This document shows positions 54,054 to 63,954 of a DNA stretch of 64,000 bases, piece by piece; the stretch's first letter is position 1; every line of letters begins with the position of its first letter. This stretch comes from an uncultured Gemmatimonadales bacterium. Its GTDB lineage: Bacteria; Gemmatimonadota; Gemmatimonadetes; Longimicrobiales; RSA9. The notes beneath the pieces are model-generated. The model was not told the DNA's origin, searched no databases, and saw nothing but the letters and a program-made list of their open reading frames with translations. The position numbers and the translations under genes were made by a program. The DNA lies in assembly GCA_963741945.1 (NCBI GenBank), contig CAVUKA010000001.1:640001-704000 (forward strand), read 5' to 3'.

Positions 54054-54407
54054 CTACTCCACCAGTTCGATGATCGCCACGTCGGCCGCATCACCAGCGC
54101 GATGACCTATCTTCACGACCCGCGTGTACCCGCCGGGCCGCTCCGCGTATCGCGGGCCGATCTCCTCGAACAGCCGGCTCAGTGCTTCACTGTCATGGAT
54201 CTTCCGGGCCACCACCCGGCGCGCGTGCAGGTCGCCCCGCTTCGCCTTCGTGATGAGCGGCTCGGCAAACTGGCGCAATTCCTTCGCTTTCGCCACCGTG
54301 GTCTCGACGCGACCGTGCTTGAACAGCGACGTCGCCATGTTGCGGAGCATCATCCGTCGGTGCTCCGCGGTACGGTTCAGGTGGCGCCCCTTCTTGCGAT
54401 GTCTCAT
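54054..54407 (-). CDS. rplQ: 50S ribosomal protein L17
   Basis: MRHRKKGRHLNR, ETTVAKAKE, RPGGYTR. Confidence 0.98.
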   Translation of the reverse strand: MRHRKKGRHLNRTAEHRRMMLRNMATSLFKHGRVETTVAKAKELRQFAEPLITKAKRGDLHARRVVARKIHDSEALSRLFEEIGPRYAERPGGYTRVVKIGHRAGDAADVAIIELVE

Positions 54408-54416
54408 TGCTGCTCC

Positions 54417-55475
54417 TTACGCCTCCTCCTCGGCCACCGCCGCCTCGCCGGTGGACTCCACGTTCTCGTCCACCAGGTAGAGGTCCCCGTCCTCCCCCTC
54501 CTCCAGCTGCATCCCGAAACGGAGGTTGTGCTGCGCCAGGAACTGTCGGATCTCCTCCAGCGACTTCACACCGAAGTTGTCGATGTCCAGCATCTGGTCC
54601 TCCGTCCGACGGACCAGGTCGCCCAGCGTGATGATGTTCTCCTTCTTGAGCGAGTTCACGCTCCGCACGCTCAGCTCCGCCAGATCCTCGATCGGCCGCT
54701 CGAACAGGTCGCGCAGCGCCTTTGGCACCGGCACGGCCCCCGGCACCGGCGGCTCCGTCTCACCGGCATCCGAGAACTTCAGCATGTACTCCAGGTGACG
54801 ACGCCCCAGCCCCGCCGCGTACGCCACTGCGTCCTCCGGCGCCACGCTGCCGTTCGTCTCGATGTGCAGCGTCAGGCGGTCGAAGTCCGTGCGCTGGCCC
54901 ACGCGCGTCTCTTCCACGGTGAAGTTCGCCCGCAGCACCGGGTTGTAGATCGAGTCGATCCGCACCAGGTCCACCGGGCTCCCCTTCGGCGCCTCGTGAC
55001 TGTCCGCCGCCACGAAGCCGCGACCCTTGTTCACGTACAGTTCCAGGTGGATCTCCTTGTCCTCCTGCAGTGTGAACAGGTGGTGCTCCGGCTCCAGGAT
55101 CTCCACCGACGACGGCGGCTCGATCGCCCCGGCCAGCACCGGACCCGCGGCCGACGCGCGCAGCTCGAGCCGCGCCTCCTCCACGTCCGGATCCAGCTTC
55201 AGCACCAGCGTCTTCAGGTTCTGGATGATCTGGTGCACGTCCTCCGCCACGCCCGACACCGTCTGGTGCTCGTGCACCACCCCGTCCATCCGGAACGCCC
55301 ACACGGCCGCGCCCGGCAGCGACGAGAGAAGGATCCGGCGCACCGAGTTCCCCAGCGTCTGGCCGAACCCGCGCTCCAGCGGCGCCATGATGAACTGCGC
55401 CATCTTCCCATCCTCGGAGCGGTCACTGACTTCCACCCGCTGCGGCAGCACCAGTCCCGTGAGATCTAGCTCCAC
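54417..55475 (-). CDS. rpoA: RNA polymerase subunit alpha
   Basis: PLERGFGQTLGNSVRRILLSS, GVVHE, VEETRVGQRTDFDRL, ELSVRSVNSLK. Confidence 0.98.
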   Translation of the reverse strand: MELDLTGLVLPQRVEVSDRSEDGKMAQFIMAPLERGFGQTLGNSVRRILLSSLPGAAVWAFRMDGVVHEHQTVSGVAEDVHQIIQNLKTLVLKLDPDVEEARLELRASAAGPVLAGAIEPPSSVEILEPEHHLFTLQEDKEIHLELYVNKGRGFVAADSHEAPKGSPVDLVRIDSIYNPVLRANFTVEETRVGQRTDFDRLTLHIETNGSVAPEDAVAYAAGLGRRHLEYMLKFSDAGETEPPVPGAVPVPKALRDLFERPIEDLAELSVRSVNSLKKENIITLGDLVRRTEDQMLDIDNFGVKSLEEIRQFLAQHNLRFGMQLEEGEDGDLYLVDENVESTGEAAVAEEEA

Positions 55476-55554
55476 ATCTCCTCCTTGCAGTCAGCCCCGG
55501 CCAACGGGGCCCGGACACCGCCGGTGCCCGGGCCCCGTTGCCCTGGTTCCTCGT

Positions 55555-56190
55555 TTACTTCGAGTAGAGCTCCACGATCAGCTGCTCCTGGACCGGCAGC
55601 GGGATCTCCGCACGCGTCGGACGCTCCAGCATCCGGCCCGTCCGCGTCCCCTCGTCCAGCGCCAGCCAGCTCACTGTGTCCGGCCGCGTCTTCGATTCCA
55701 GTGCCACCTGCACCGGCACCAGATCACGGGATCCAGCCTTCAGCCGCACTTCGTCCCCCGCCTGCACCTGGTAGCTCGGCACGTCCACCGGCCGGCCGTT
55801 CACTTCCACGTGCCGGTGCCGCACCAGCTGCCTCGACTGCGCCCGGCTCCCGGCGAACCCGAGCCGGTAGACGACGTTGTCCAGGCGCTGCTCCAGCCCC
55901 ACCAGCAGGTTCTCGCCCGTCAGCCCCGTCTGCGTCGCCGCACGCTTGAACAGGTTGCGGAAATACCGCTCGCCCACGCCGTAGATCCGCTTCACCTTCT
56001 GCTTCTCACGAAGCTGAAGCGCGTAGTCGCTCGTCTTGCGACGACGCGCCTGCGCCACGCCGTGCTGCCCGGGCGGGTAGCTCCGCCGCTCCACCGGGCA
56101 CTTCTCCGTAAAGCACTTCGTGCCCTTGAGGAAGAGCTTCCCGCCCTCCCGCCGGCACAGCTTGCACACCGGTCCTGTATAACGACCCAT
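55555..56190 (-). CDS. rpsD: 30S ribosomal protein S4
   Basis: MGRYTGPVCKLCRREG, PPGQHG, QLREKQK, IVELYSK. Confidence 0.98.
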   Translation of the reverse strand: MGRYTGPVCKLCRREGGKLFLKGTKCFTEKCPVERRSYPPGQHGVAQARRRKTSDYALQLREKQKVKRIYGVGERYFRNLFKRAATQTGLTGENLLVGLEQRLDNVVYRLGFAGSRAQSRQLVRHRHVEVNGRPVDVPSYQVQAGDEVRLKAGSRDLVPVQVALESKTRPDTVSWLALDEGTRTGRMLERPTRAEIPLPVQEQLIVELYSK

Positions 56191-56303
56191 TCGACCGTCT
56201 CGCTCCTGTTCCCGTTCTGTTCCGCGGCTTCTTCCCGCCTGGACGGCTCGGCGGTTTACGCCCCCATGCTGCCCGTCGTTCGCCGTCGCCGGTGGCGACG
56301 GCC

Positions 56304-56696
56304 CTACACCCTGCGCTTCTTCGGAGGCCTGCACCCGTTGTGCGGGATCGGCGTGATGTCGCGGATCGACCGCACCTGCAGCCCCGCCGCGCTCAGCGCC
56401 TGGATCGCCGACTCCCGGCCGCTGCCGGGACCCTGCAGACGCACGTGCACCCGGCGCACGCCCAGGTTGAACGCCTCGCGGCCCACCTGCTCCGCCGACA
56501 CGGTCGCCGCGAACGGCGTCGATTTCTTCGAGCCCTTGAACCCGGCCTTGCCCGCGCTACCCCACGTCACCACATCACCGTTCATGTTCGTGATCGTGAT
56601 GAGCGTGTTGTTGAACGTGGCCTTGATGTAGGCCATTCCCTCGGACTCGACCTGCTTCTTCGCCCGCTTCGTCCGGCCCTTCTTCGGTTGCGCCAT
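56304..56696 (-). CDS. rpsK: 30S ribosomal protein S11
   Basis: [38 protein letters not shown]. Confidence 0.98.
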   Translation of the reverse strand: MAQPKKGRTKRAKKQVESEGMAYIKATFNNTLITITNMNGDVVTWGSAGKAGFKGSKKSTPFAATVSAEQVGREAFNLGVRRVHVRLQGPGSGRESAIQALSAAGLQVRSIRDITPIPHNGCRPPKKRRV

Positions 56697-56766
56697 GTTC
56701 CGCTTTCAGTCTCAGCTGTCCCAGTGTGTCCGCGGGCCGCAGGCCGCGCGCTCCTGCCGTTCCGCC

Positions 56767-57147
56767 CTACTTCCGCGCCACCCGCTTCTTGCCCGCGATC
56801 GCCCGACGCTGACCCTTGTGCGTCCGCGCGTTCGTGTGCGTCCGCTGACCGCGCACGGGCAGGCCCCGGCGGTGTCGCAGCCCACGGTAGCAGCCGATGT
56901 CCATCAATCGCTTGATGTTCATCGACACTTCGCTCCGCAGCGCGCCCTCCACCTTGTACTGGCTCTCGATCATCCGCCGCAGCCGGTTGACCTCCTCGTC
57001 GCTCAGGTCCTGCACGCGACGATCCGGGTCCACTGCCGTCTTGTCGAGAATCTTCCTCGCCGTCGAGTCGCCCACGCCATAGATGTACGTGAGCGCCACT
57101 TCGATCCGCTTGTTACGCGGAAGATCGACTCCTGCGATCCGTGCCAT
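56767..57147 (-). CDS. rpsM: 30S ribosomal protein S13
   Basis: [27 protein letters not shown]. Confidence 0.98.
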   Translation of the reverse strand: MARIAGVDLPRNKRIEVALTYIYGVGDSTARKILDKTAVDPDRRVQDLSDEEVNRLRRMIESQYKVEGALRSEVSMNIKRLMDIGCYRGLRHRRGLPVRGQRTHTNARTHKGQRRAIAGKKRVARK

Positions 57148-57153
57148 AGTCGC

Positions 57154-57270
57154 CTACCCCTGCCGCTGCTTGTGCCGCGGGTTCTTCTTGCAAATGATCC
57201 GGACCACGCCGCGCCGCCGGATGACCCGGCAGTGCTCGCAGATCGGCTTCACGCTGGTTCGCACCTTCAT
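57154..57270 (-). CDS. rpmJ: 50S ribosomal protein L36
   Basis: Read by hand (too short for the ORF track): [38 protein letters not shown]. Confidence 0.97.
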   Translation of the reverse strand: MKVRTSVKPICEHCRVIRRRGVVRIICKKNPRHKQRQG

Positions 57271-57303
57271 GCGGACACCCCTTCGTTTATTCGACAGCTT
57301 TGA

Positions 57304-57332
57304 AGTATAGCGTTCACTTCTCCACCCAACAA
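57304..57332 (-). promoter_or_regulatory. Internal sigma70 promoter for rpmJ and the alpha operon
   Basis: Minus strand TTGTTG-N17-TATACT, 33 bp upstream of rpmJ. Confidence 0.6.
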
Positions 57333-57416
57333 CCCCCGCCCACCGCCGCGCCCGTCGTCCCGCCTCCCGCTCACCGGACGTCGCTCAGCGGGGGCCGCAG
57401 CCACGCGGCCGACCGA

Positions 57417-58166
57417 CTACGCCGTCAGGATCCTCGGCCCATCCTTCGTCACGGCGACAGTATGCTCGAAGTGCGCGCTCCGGCGCTGGTCCGTGGTGAC
57501 CACGGTCCAGCGGTCCGGCAGCGTGCGCACACTGGCCGTGCCGAGATTGACCATGGGCTCGATGGCGATCACGAGTCCCACCTCGAGCCTGGCGCCCCGC
57601 CCCGCGGTGCCGAAGTTGGGCACCTGCGGGTCCTCGTGCGGCTCGCGGCCAATGCCGTGGCCCACGAGCTCACGCACGACCCCGTACCCCGCGCCCTCCG
57701 CCTTCTTCTGGATGACGTGGCCGATGTCGCCGAGCCGGTTGTCCGGCCTCGCCTCGGCAATGCCCAGGGCGAGTGCCTCCTGCGTGACGTCCAGCAGCCG
57801 GCGCGTCTCTTCGTCGATCGTACCCACGGGGAACGTCCGGGCGGAGTCGGCGAACCAGCCGTCGAGCTTCACACCCACGTCCACGCTGATGATGTCGCCG
57901 TCGTTCAGGCGGCGGTACGGGCTCGGAATGCCGTGGACCACCTCGTGGTTCACGGACGCGCACACGCTCGCCGGGAAGCCGTAGAGACCCTTGAACGCGG
58001 GCTCGGCGCCATCGTGCCCCCGGATGAACTCCTCCGACAACGCGTCGATGTCGGCCGTGCTCACGCCCGGCTGCACGTGCTCAGGCAGCATCTCGAACAG
58101 CTCGGCGATGATGCGTCCGGCCCGCGCGATGGCTTCGATCTCTTCCGGCTTCTTCAGCCTGGTCAT
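57417..58166 (-). CDS. map: Type I methionine aminopeptidase
   Basis: SVNHEVVHGIP, DVG..DSA, GHGIG..HEDP, IEPM, SAHFEHT. Confidence 0.97.
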   Translation of the reverse strand: MTRLKKPEEIEAIARAGRIIAELFEMLPEHVQPGVSTADIDALSEEFIRGHDGAEPAFKGLYGFPASVCASVNHEVVHGIPSPYRRLNDGDIISVDVGVKLDGWFADSARTFPVGTIDEETRRLLDVTQEALALGIAEARPDNRLGDIGHVIQKKAEGAGYGVVRELVGHGIGREPHEDPQVPNFGTAGRGARLEVGLVIAIEPMVNLGTASVRTLPDRWTVVTTDQRRSAHFEHTVAVTKDGPRILTA

Positions 58167-58807
58167 GCCACCGTGAGGACGGCCTCTATGGCGTCCTGGA
58201 CGTCGTCGACGGGCTTCTGCCCGTCCACGACCTCGATCGCGACGCCGCGATCGCGATAGTGGTCGATCACGGGCCGGGTCTGACGACGATAGACCGCCAG
58301 CCGGTTGGCCACGGTCTGCTCGTTGTCGTCCGCCCGCTGCACGAGCGCGGCGCCGCAGCGGTCGCAGATACCTTCCTTCGACGGTGGGTCGAAGTAGATG
58401 TTGTGGACCGCCTTGCACTCGGGACAGGAGCGCCGGCCGCTGATGCGCTTGACCAGGACATCGTCCGGGGCCTCGAGCACCACCACCACGTCCAGCGCCA
58501 GCGCCATCTCGTCCATCATGACGTCCAGGCGCTCCGCCTGCTCCACGTTGCGCGGGAAGCCGTCCAGGATGAAGCCGTCCCGGGCGGCCGCGATGACTTC
58601 CTTGACCAGGCCGAGGATGACGTCATCGGGCACCAGCTCGCCCGCGTCCATGTACTTCTTCGCTTCCTTGCCGAGGTCCGTGCCGCGCCGAACCGCGTCG
58701 CGCAGCAGGTCCCCGGTGGAGATCTGAGTCAGGTTGTGCCGCTTTGCCAGCAAGTCGCCCTGGGTGCCTTTACCGACACCGGGCGCACCGAGAAGGATCA
58801 GACGCAT
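58163..58807 (-). CDS. adk: Adenylate kinase
   Basis: LGAPGVGKGTQ, STGDLLR, LDGFPR, zinc lid CPEC/CDRC. Confidence 0.97.
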   Translation of the reverse strand: MRLILLGAPGVGKGTQGDLLAKRHNLTQISTGDLLRDAVRRGTDLGKEAKKYMDAGELVPDDVILGLVKEVIAAARDGFILDGFPRNVEQAERLDVMMDEMALALDVVVVLEAPDDVLVKRISGRRSCPECKAVHNIYFDPPSKEGICDRCGAALVQRADDNEQTVANRLAVYRRQTRPVIDHYRDRGVAIEVVDGQKPVDDVQDAIEAVLTVA

Positions 58808-58811
58808 GTCT

Positions 58812-60128
58812 CTACCCCATGTAGCGTTGACGCCCACGGAACCGGACGCGCCCCTTCTTCATGAACCCTTCGTAGTGACGGAGCAGCAGGTGCTGCTGCA
58901 TCTGCTGAACCGTATCCAGCCCGACGCCCACCACGATGAGGAGGGACGTGCCGCCGAAATAGAAGAGTTGAATGTTGAACAGGTCGAAGATCCAGAACGG
59001 GATCATCGCGATCAGCGCCAGGTAGATCGCGCCCGGGAGCGTGATCCGGCTGAGTACGTGATCGATATACTCCGCCGTGCGCGCGCCCGGCTTCACGCCC
59101 GGGATGAACGCACCCTGCTTCTTGAGGTTCTCCGCCAGGTCCACCGGATTGAAGATGATGGACGTGTAGAAGTAGGTGAAGAACAGGATGAGCAGCCCGT
59201 ACGAAACGTAGTACACGGGACTGCCCGGCTGGAACGTCTGCGAAAGACTGCGCAGCCAGCCGATGTTGCTGAACGCCGCCACCGTGCCGGGCACGATGAT
59301 GATGGACTGGGCGAAAATGATCGGCATCACGCCCGCGGAGTTGATGCGCAGCGGGATGAAGCTCTTCTGCCCTTCGCGCACGCGCCCGCGGCCCATGACC
59401 TTGCGAGGGATCTGCACGGGCAGCTTCCGCGCGGCCATGGTCATGGCCACCACGGCGGCCACGATGGCGACCATCATCGCCAGCAGCACGATCAGCATGA
59501 TCGGGCTGATCACGCCGGAGACCACGGCATCCCACGTCCGCACCGTGGCGCTCGGGAACCCATCGATGATCGAGAAGAAGATCAGAAGCGACGCGCCGTT
59601 GCCGATCCCCTGCTCGGTGATCATCTCGCCGAGCCACATCACGAAGATGGCGCCCGTGGTCAGCACCAGCGTGGTGCTGATCATGAACGCCCAGCCCGAC
59701 GTCGTGACTGCGCCCGGGATGCTGTGGATGAAGACCGAGTAGCCGTAGCCCTGGGCCGCGGCCAGCACCACCGTGGCGTAGCGCGTCCATTGCGTCAGCT
59801 TCTTGCGCCCTTCTTCCCCCTCCTTCTGCATCTTCTCGATGGTGGGGAAGACGGCCGCGAGCAGCTGGAACATGATGCTCGCGGAGATGAACGGCATGAT
59901 CCCCAGCGCGAAGATCGTGGCGCGCCGGAGCGCACCGCCCACGAACATGTCGTAGACACCGAAGAGCGTCCCCTGGAGCTGGCCCAGCTGGGCTTCCAGG
60001 GCCCGAACGTCGATGCCCGGCGACGTGATGTGCGCGCCGAAGCGATAGACCAGCAGCGCCCCGAGCGTGAACAGGATCTTGTTCTTGAGCTCCGGGATCC
60101 GCCACAGGTTCGGGATCGGATTGGCCAT
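58812..60128 (-). CDS. secY: Preprotein translocase subunit SecY
   Basis: FALGIMPFISASI, GIGNGASL, AGVMPIIFA, FIPGVKPG, FGGTSLLIVVGV. Confidence 0.98.
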   Translation of the reverse strand: MANPIPNLWRIPELKNKILFTLGALLVYRFGAHITSPGIDVRALEAQLGQLQGTLFGVYDMFVGGALRRATIFALGIMPFISASIMFQLLAAVFPTIEKMQKEGEEGRKKLTQWTRYATVVLAAAQGYGYSVFIHSIPGAVTTSGWAFMISTTLVLTTGAIFVMWLGEMITEQGIGNGASLLIFFSIIDGFPSATVRTWDAVVSGVISPIMLIVLLAMMVAIVAAVVAMTMAARKLPVQIPRKVMGRGRVREGQKSFIPLRINSAGVMPIIFAQSIIIVPGTVAAFSNIGWLRSLSQTFQPGSPVYYVSYGLLILFFTYFYTSIIFNPVDLAENLKKQGAFIPGVKPGARTAEYIDHVLSRITLPGAIYLALIAMIPFWIFDLFNIQLFYFGGTSLLIVVGVGLDTVQQMQQHLLLRHYEGFMKKGRVRFRGRQRYMG

Positions 60129-60132
60129 CCCG

Positions 60133-60585
60133 CTATTCCTCCAGGAGCTCGACGCTGCCGCCCGCGTCTTCGATCTTCTTCCGGGCGCCGGCGCTGATCG
60201 CGTGGGCCTTCACAGTGACCTTCCGGTCCAGCTCGCCCTTGCCGAGCACCTTCACCGGCCGGCCCCTGCCCAGGTCCACGAGGCCATGCTCGTGCAGGAT
60301 CGCGGGCGTGACGGTCTCGGCCTCGATCCGGCCGAGGTCCTGCACGTTCACGATCTCGAACGCGTTCTCCTTGTGGCTCGTGAAGCCGCGCTTCGGGATG
60401 CGCCGCTGCAGCGGCATCTGGCCACCCTCGAACCAGGCCGGCATGCCGTGATGCCCGGTCCTCGCCTTCTGGCCCTTGTGCCCCTTGCCGGACGTCTTGC
60501 CCGTCCCCGACCCCGGGCCCCGCCCGAGACGCTTGCGGGAACGGTGCGCGCCTTTCGGCCTCCGCAGATTGTTCAGATCCGACAT
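60133..60585 (-). CDS. rplO: 50S ribosomal protein L15
   Basis: GRGPGSGTGKTSGKGHKGQ, FEGGQMPL. Confidence 0.98.
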   Translation of the reverse strand: MSDLNNLRRPKGAHRSRKRLGRGPGSGTGKTSGKGHKGQKARTGHHGMPAWFEGGQMPLQRRIPKRGFTSHKENAFEIVNVQDLGRIEAETVTPAILHEHGLVDLGRGRPVKVLGKGELDRKVTVKAHAISAGARKKIEDAGGSVELLEE

Positions 60586-60592
60586 CGATCCC

Positions 60593-60802
60593 CTACTCCT
60601 CGCCTTGCAGCGCTTCGACCTCGACCAGGTGGCGGACCTGGAAGATCATCCCCCGGATCGCCTCGTTGTCTTCCTTCACCACTGTCTGCTGGTGTCGCCG
60701 CAGTCCCAGCGCCTCCAGCGTGGCGCGGTGCTTCGCCGGCCGGCCGTTCCGGCTCCGGACCTGCGTGATCCGCAGCTTGCCGCCGCTCCTCCCGCTAGCC
60801 AT
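60593..60802 (-). CDS. rpmD: 50S ribosomal protein L30
   Basis: [29 protein letters not shown]. Confidence 0.96.
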   Translation of the reverse strand: MASGRSGGKLRITQVRSRNGRPAKHRATLEALGLRRHQQTVVKEDNEAIRGMIFQVRHLVEVEALQGEE

Positions 60803-61325
60803 GCCGCACCTCCAGGTCCGTGACCGGCACGCCGCGCTCGCCCGCCACCTGCTCGGCCGTCACCATGTCGTCCAGCCCCTGCATGGTGGCGCGCGCGGTG
60901 TTCACCGCGTTGTTCGAGCCCAGGCTCTTCGTCAGCACGTCCGTGTACCCGGCCGCTTCCAGGACCGCGCGCACGGCGCCACCGGCGATCACGCCCGTAC
61001 CGGGGCCCGCCGGCTTGAGCAGCACCCGGGCCGCGCCGACCCGGCCCACGATCTCGTGGGGGACCGTGCCCTCGATCATGGGCACCTTCACCATGGCCTT
61101 GCGCGCCTGGTCCATCCCCTTGCGGATGGCCTCGGCCACTTCATTGGCCTTGCCCAGCGCGATGCCCACTTTCCCGTTCTTGTCGCCCACCGCCACCAGC
61201 GCGCTGAACGAGAAGCGACGGCCGCCCTTCACGACCTTCGCGACGCGGTTGATGTGGATCACAGTCTCCGTGAGATCCGACTCCTGCCGGCCCCGGCGAC
61301 CGCCTCCTCGGTTGTCTCTCGCCAT
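60795..61325 (-). CDS. rpsE: 30S ribosomal protein S5
   Basis: [24 protein letters not shown]. Confidence 0.98.
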   Translation of the reverse strand: MARDNRGGGRRGRQESDLTETVIHINRVAKVVKGGRRFSFSALVAVGDKNGKVGIALGKANEVAEAIRKGMDQARKAMVKVPMIEGTVPHEIVGRVGAARVLLKPAGPGTGVIAGGAVRAVLEAAGYTDVLTKSLGSNNAVNTARATMQGLDDMVTAEQVAGERGVPVTDLEVRHG

Positions 61326-61337
61326 CCTCGCGTCTCC

Positions 61338-61721
61338 TTAGAACTTCAGGCCGCCTTCGCGGGCGCCCTCTGCGAAGGCCGCCACGCGGCCGTGATAGAG
61401 GTAGCCGCCGCGATCGAACACCACTGACTCGATCCCCGCTTCCTTCGCCAGGGTCGCGATCCGCTTCCCCGCCTCGCGGCTCAACTTCGTCTTGTCCGTT
61501 TCGTCCTCGTCTCGCAGCGCCCGCAGCTCGGGCCCCGTGGTCGACACCCCCAGCAGCACCCTCCCGCTCAGGTCGTCCACCAGCTGCCCGTGCATGTGCT
61601 TCAGCGACCGGTGAACCACCAGGCGCGGCCGCTCCGCGGTGCCTTCCACCTTGCGGCGGACCCGCTGATGGCGACGCAGTCGCTGCGTCTCTCGCCGGCT
61701 CGTCTTCATTCTACCCGCCAT
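61338..61721 (-). CDS. rplR: 50S ribosomal protein L18
   Basis: GTAERPRL, FDRGGYLYHGRV, AREGGLKF. Confidence 0.98.
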   Translation of the reverse strand: MAGRMKTSRRETQRLRRHQRVRRKVEGTAERPRLVVHRSLKHMHGQLVDDLSGRVLLGVSTTGPELRALRDEDETDKTKLSREAGKRIATLAKEAGIESVVFDRGGYLYHGRVAAFAEGAREGGLKF

Positions 61722-61730
61722 GGCTGACCT

Positions 61731-62267
61731 CTATGCGCCCGTCTTGCCCGCCTTGCGGCGGACCTGTTCACCCTGGTAGCGGATGCCCTTGCCCTTGTAG
61801 GGCTCGGGCGGCCGCACGGCCCGCAGCTCCGCCGCGACCTGGCCGACCTTCTGCTTGTCGATCCCTTCCACCACGATCGTCGTCTGGTTCGGCGTGGTGA
61901 TGGAGATCCCTTCCGGCTCCGGGTACTTCACTTCGTGCGAGTACCCTACGGTCAGAACCAGCGTGTCCCCGCGCTTGTCCGCGCGATAGCCCACACCCAC
62001 GATCTCCAGCCCCTTGCGGAACCCGTCCGTCACGCCTTCCACCATGTTCGCCAGCAGCGCACGCGTGAGGCCGTGATACGCGCGGTGTTGCTTCGACTCG
62101 GCCGCCCGCGTCACCACCACCTGCCCGTCCTCCACGCTCACGCCCACTTCGGGGCGGATCCGCTGCTCCAGCTCGCCCTTCGGACCTGTCACCCGAACGG
62201 CACTCCCGTCCACTGTGACGGCCACGCCCGCCGGGATCTCGATCGGCGCCTTCCCGATTCTCGACAT
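61731..62267 (-). CDS. rplF: 50S ribosomal protein L6
   Basis: MSRIGK, GVGYRA, RPPEPYKGKGIRY. Confidence 0.98.
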   Translation of the reverse strand: MSRIGKAPIEIPAGVAVTVDGSAVRVTGPKGELEQRIRPEVGVSVEDGQVVVTRAAESKQHRAYHGLTRALLANMVEGVTDGFRKGLEIVGVGYRADKRGDTLVLTVGYSHEVKYPEPEGISITTPNQTTIVVEGIDKQKVGQVAAELRAVRPPEPYKGKGIRYQGEQVRRKAGKTGA

Positions 62268-62276
62268 CGTCCCCCC

Positions 62277-62669
62277 CTACCAGATCGCGGCGAGGATCTC
62301 GCCGCCGACGTTCTGCGCACGCGCCTCGCGGTCGGTCATGACGCCGCGCGACGTGGAGACGATGGCCATCCCCAGTCCGCTCCGGATCCGGGGCAGAGAG
62401 GCGACTCCAGCGTAGTGGCGACGGCCCGGCCTCGACATCCGCTGGATGTCGCGGATCACCGGCTTGCCGTCGTGGTACTTGAGATACAGCCGCAGCACCC
62501 CGTGGCGCCCGTCATCCAGGACCTTGAAGTCGTGGATGAAGGCGTTCTCCTGGAGGATCCGGGCGATCTCCGCCTTCAGCTTCGACACCGGCATGTCCAC
62601 GCGCCGGTGGCCCGCACGCGACGCGTTGCGGACCCGCGACAGCATGTCGGCGATAGGGTCGGTCATCAT
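62277..62669 (-). CDS. rpsH: 30S ribosomal protein S8
   Basis: [28 protein letters not shown]. Confidence 0.98.
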   Translation of the reverse strand: MMTDPIADMLSRVRNASRAGHRRVDMPVSKLKAEIARILQENAFIHDFKVLDDGRHGVLRLYLKYHDGKPVIRDIQRMSRPGRRHYAGVASLPRIRSGLGMAIVSTSRGVMTDREARAQNVGGEILAAIW

Positions 62670-62760
62670 TTCAGTTCACCTGCTCCTATAGTATCCGGCC
62701 ATCCCTTCGGTGCCGGACTTGTAGAAGTTCGAAATTCGAAGTTCGACCTTCGAATCCCGC

Positions 62761-62952
62761 TCACCAGCTGGCCTTGCGGACGCCCGGGATCTCGCCCTTC
62801 AGGGCCATCTCGCGGAAGCAGATCCGGCACACGCCGAACTTCCGGTAGTAGGCCCGACCCCGCCCGCACCGGTTGCACCGGTTGTTCTGGCGCACCGCGT
62901 ACTTGAGCTTCTTCGGGTCCCGCTGCTTTTCGATCTGTGACTTGCGTGCCAT
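62761..62952 (-). CDS. rpsN: 30S ribosomal protein S14 (zinc-binding type Z)
   Basis: [22 protein letters not shown]. Confidence 0.97.
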   Translation of the reverse strand: MARKSQIEKQRDPKKLKYAVRQNNRCNRCGRGRAYYRKFGVCRICFREMALKGEIPGVRKASW

Positions 62953-62960
62953 GCGCTCCC

Positions 62961-63554
62961 CTATTCCTCCGCCGGGCCGGCGATTTCTTCGCCCCCGACC
63001 ACGATCGGCGTCTCGCCCCGGAAGGGCAGTCCCATCTCGCGCAGGAGCGCGAACGCCTCGTCATCCTTGTCGGTGGTGGTGACCAGCACGATATCCATGC
63101 CGTGCACGTTGTCCACCTTGTCGTACTCGATCTCGGGGAAAATGAGCTGCTCCTTCACGCCCAGTGTGTAGTTCCCGCGGCCATCGAAGGCGCGGGTGGG
63201 CAGGCCGCGGAAGTCCCGGATCCGGGGCATGGCCACATTGACCAGCCGGTCCAGGAACTCGTACATCCGCTGGCCCCGCAGCGTCACCTTGGCCCCGACG
63301 GGCATGTTCTCGCGCAGCCCGAAATTCGAGATGGACTTGCGCGCCTTCGTGATCACGGGCTTCTGCCCGGTGATCATGCCCAGCTCGTCCACCACGGCGT
63401 CGAGCAGCTTCGGGTTCCTGACCGCCTCCCCCATTCCCACATTGACCACGATCTTCTCGAGTCGGGGGACGCGGTACTGGTTCTCGAACTCGAACTGGTC
63501 CATGAGCCGCGGGGTGACCCGCTCGTCGTAATGCTGCTGCAGTCTCGGCTTCAT
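62961..63554 (-). CDS. rplE: 50S ribosomal protein L5
   Basis: [32 protein letters not shown]; start taken at MKPRL. Confidence 0.98.
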   Translation of the reverse strand: MKPRLQQHYDERVTPRLMDQFEFENQYRVPRLEKIVVNVGMGEAVRNPKLLDAVVDELGMITGQKPVITKARKSISNFGLRENMPVGAKVTLRGQRMYEFLDRLVNVAMPRIRDFRGLPTRAFDGRGNYTLGVKEQLIFPEIEYDKVDNVHGMDIVLVTTTDKDDEAFALLREMGLPFRGETPIVVGGEEIAGPAEE

Positions 63555-63570
63555 CTCTCTCGAGCTCTCC

Positions 63571-63954
63571 TCAGTCCTGCGCCTTCGGGATCGGATTCCC
63601 GCTCTTCGCCGAGATCCGCTCCTTCGTCCCGTCATCCTCCACGCGGTAGCGAACGCGCGTGGGCTCGCCCGTGCTCGGGTCGATGAGCATCACGTTGGAC
63701 GCGTGGATCGGCTCCTCGTACTCCATGATCCCGCCCTCCGGGTTCTGGTCCGTGGGACGCGTGTGGTGCTTGCGCAGGTTCACGCCCTCCACCACCACAC
63801 GGGCCTCCTTCGGCAGCACCCGAAGCACGGTTCCCTCCGTCCCGGCGAAGTTGCCCCGGATCACCTTCACCCGATCGCCCCGCCGGACGCTCATCTTCCC
63901 CGCCTGCTTCCTGCCCCCGGTCGCCCGGTGCATTCCTGGCATGAAACGCGGCAT
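63571..63954 (-). CDS. rplX: 50S ribosomal protein L24 (N-terminal extension)
   Basis: [24 protein letters not shown]; the ATG overlaps the rplN stop (TGATG). Confidence 0.96.
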   Translation of the reverse strand: MPRFMPGMHRATGGRKQAGKMSVRRGDRVKVIRGNFAGTEGTVLRVLPKEARVVVEGVNLRKHHTRPTDQNPEGGIMEYEEPIHASNVMLIDPSTGEPTRVRYRVEDDGTKERISAKSGNPIPKAQD

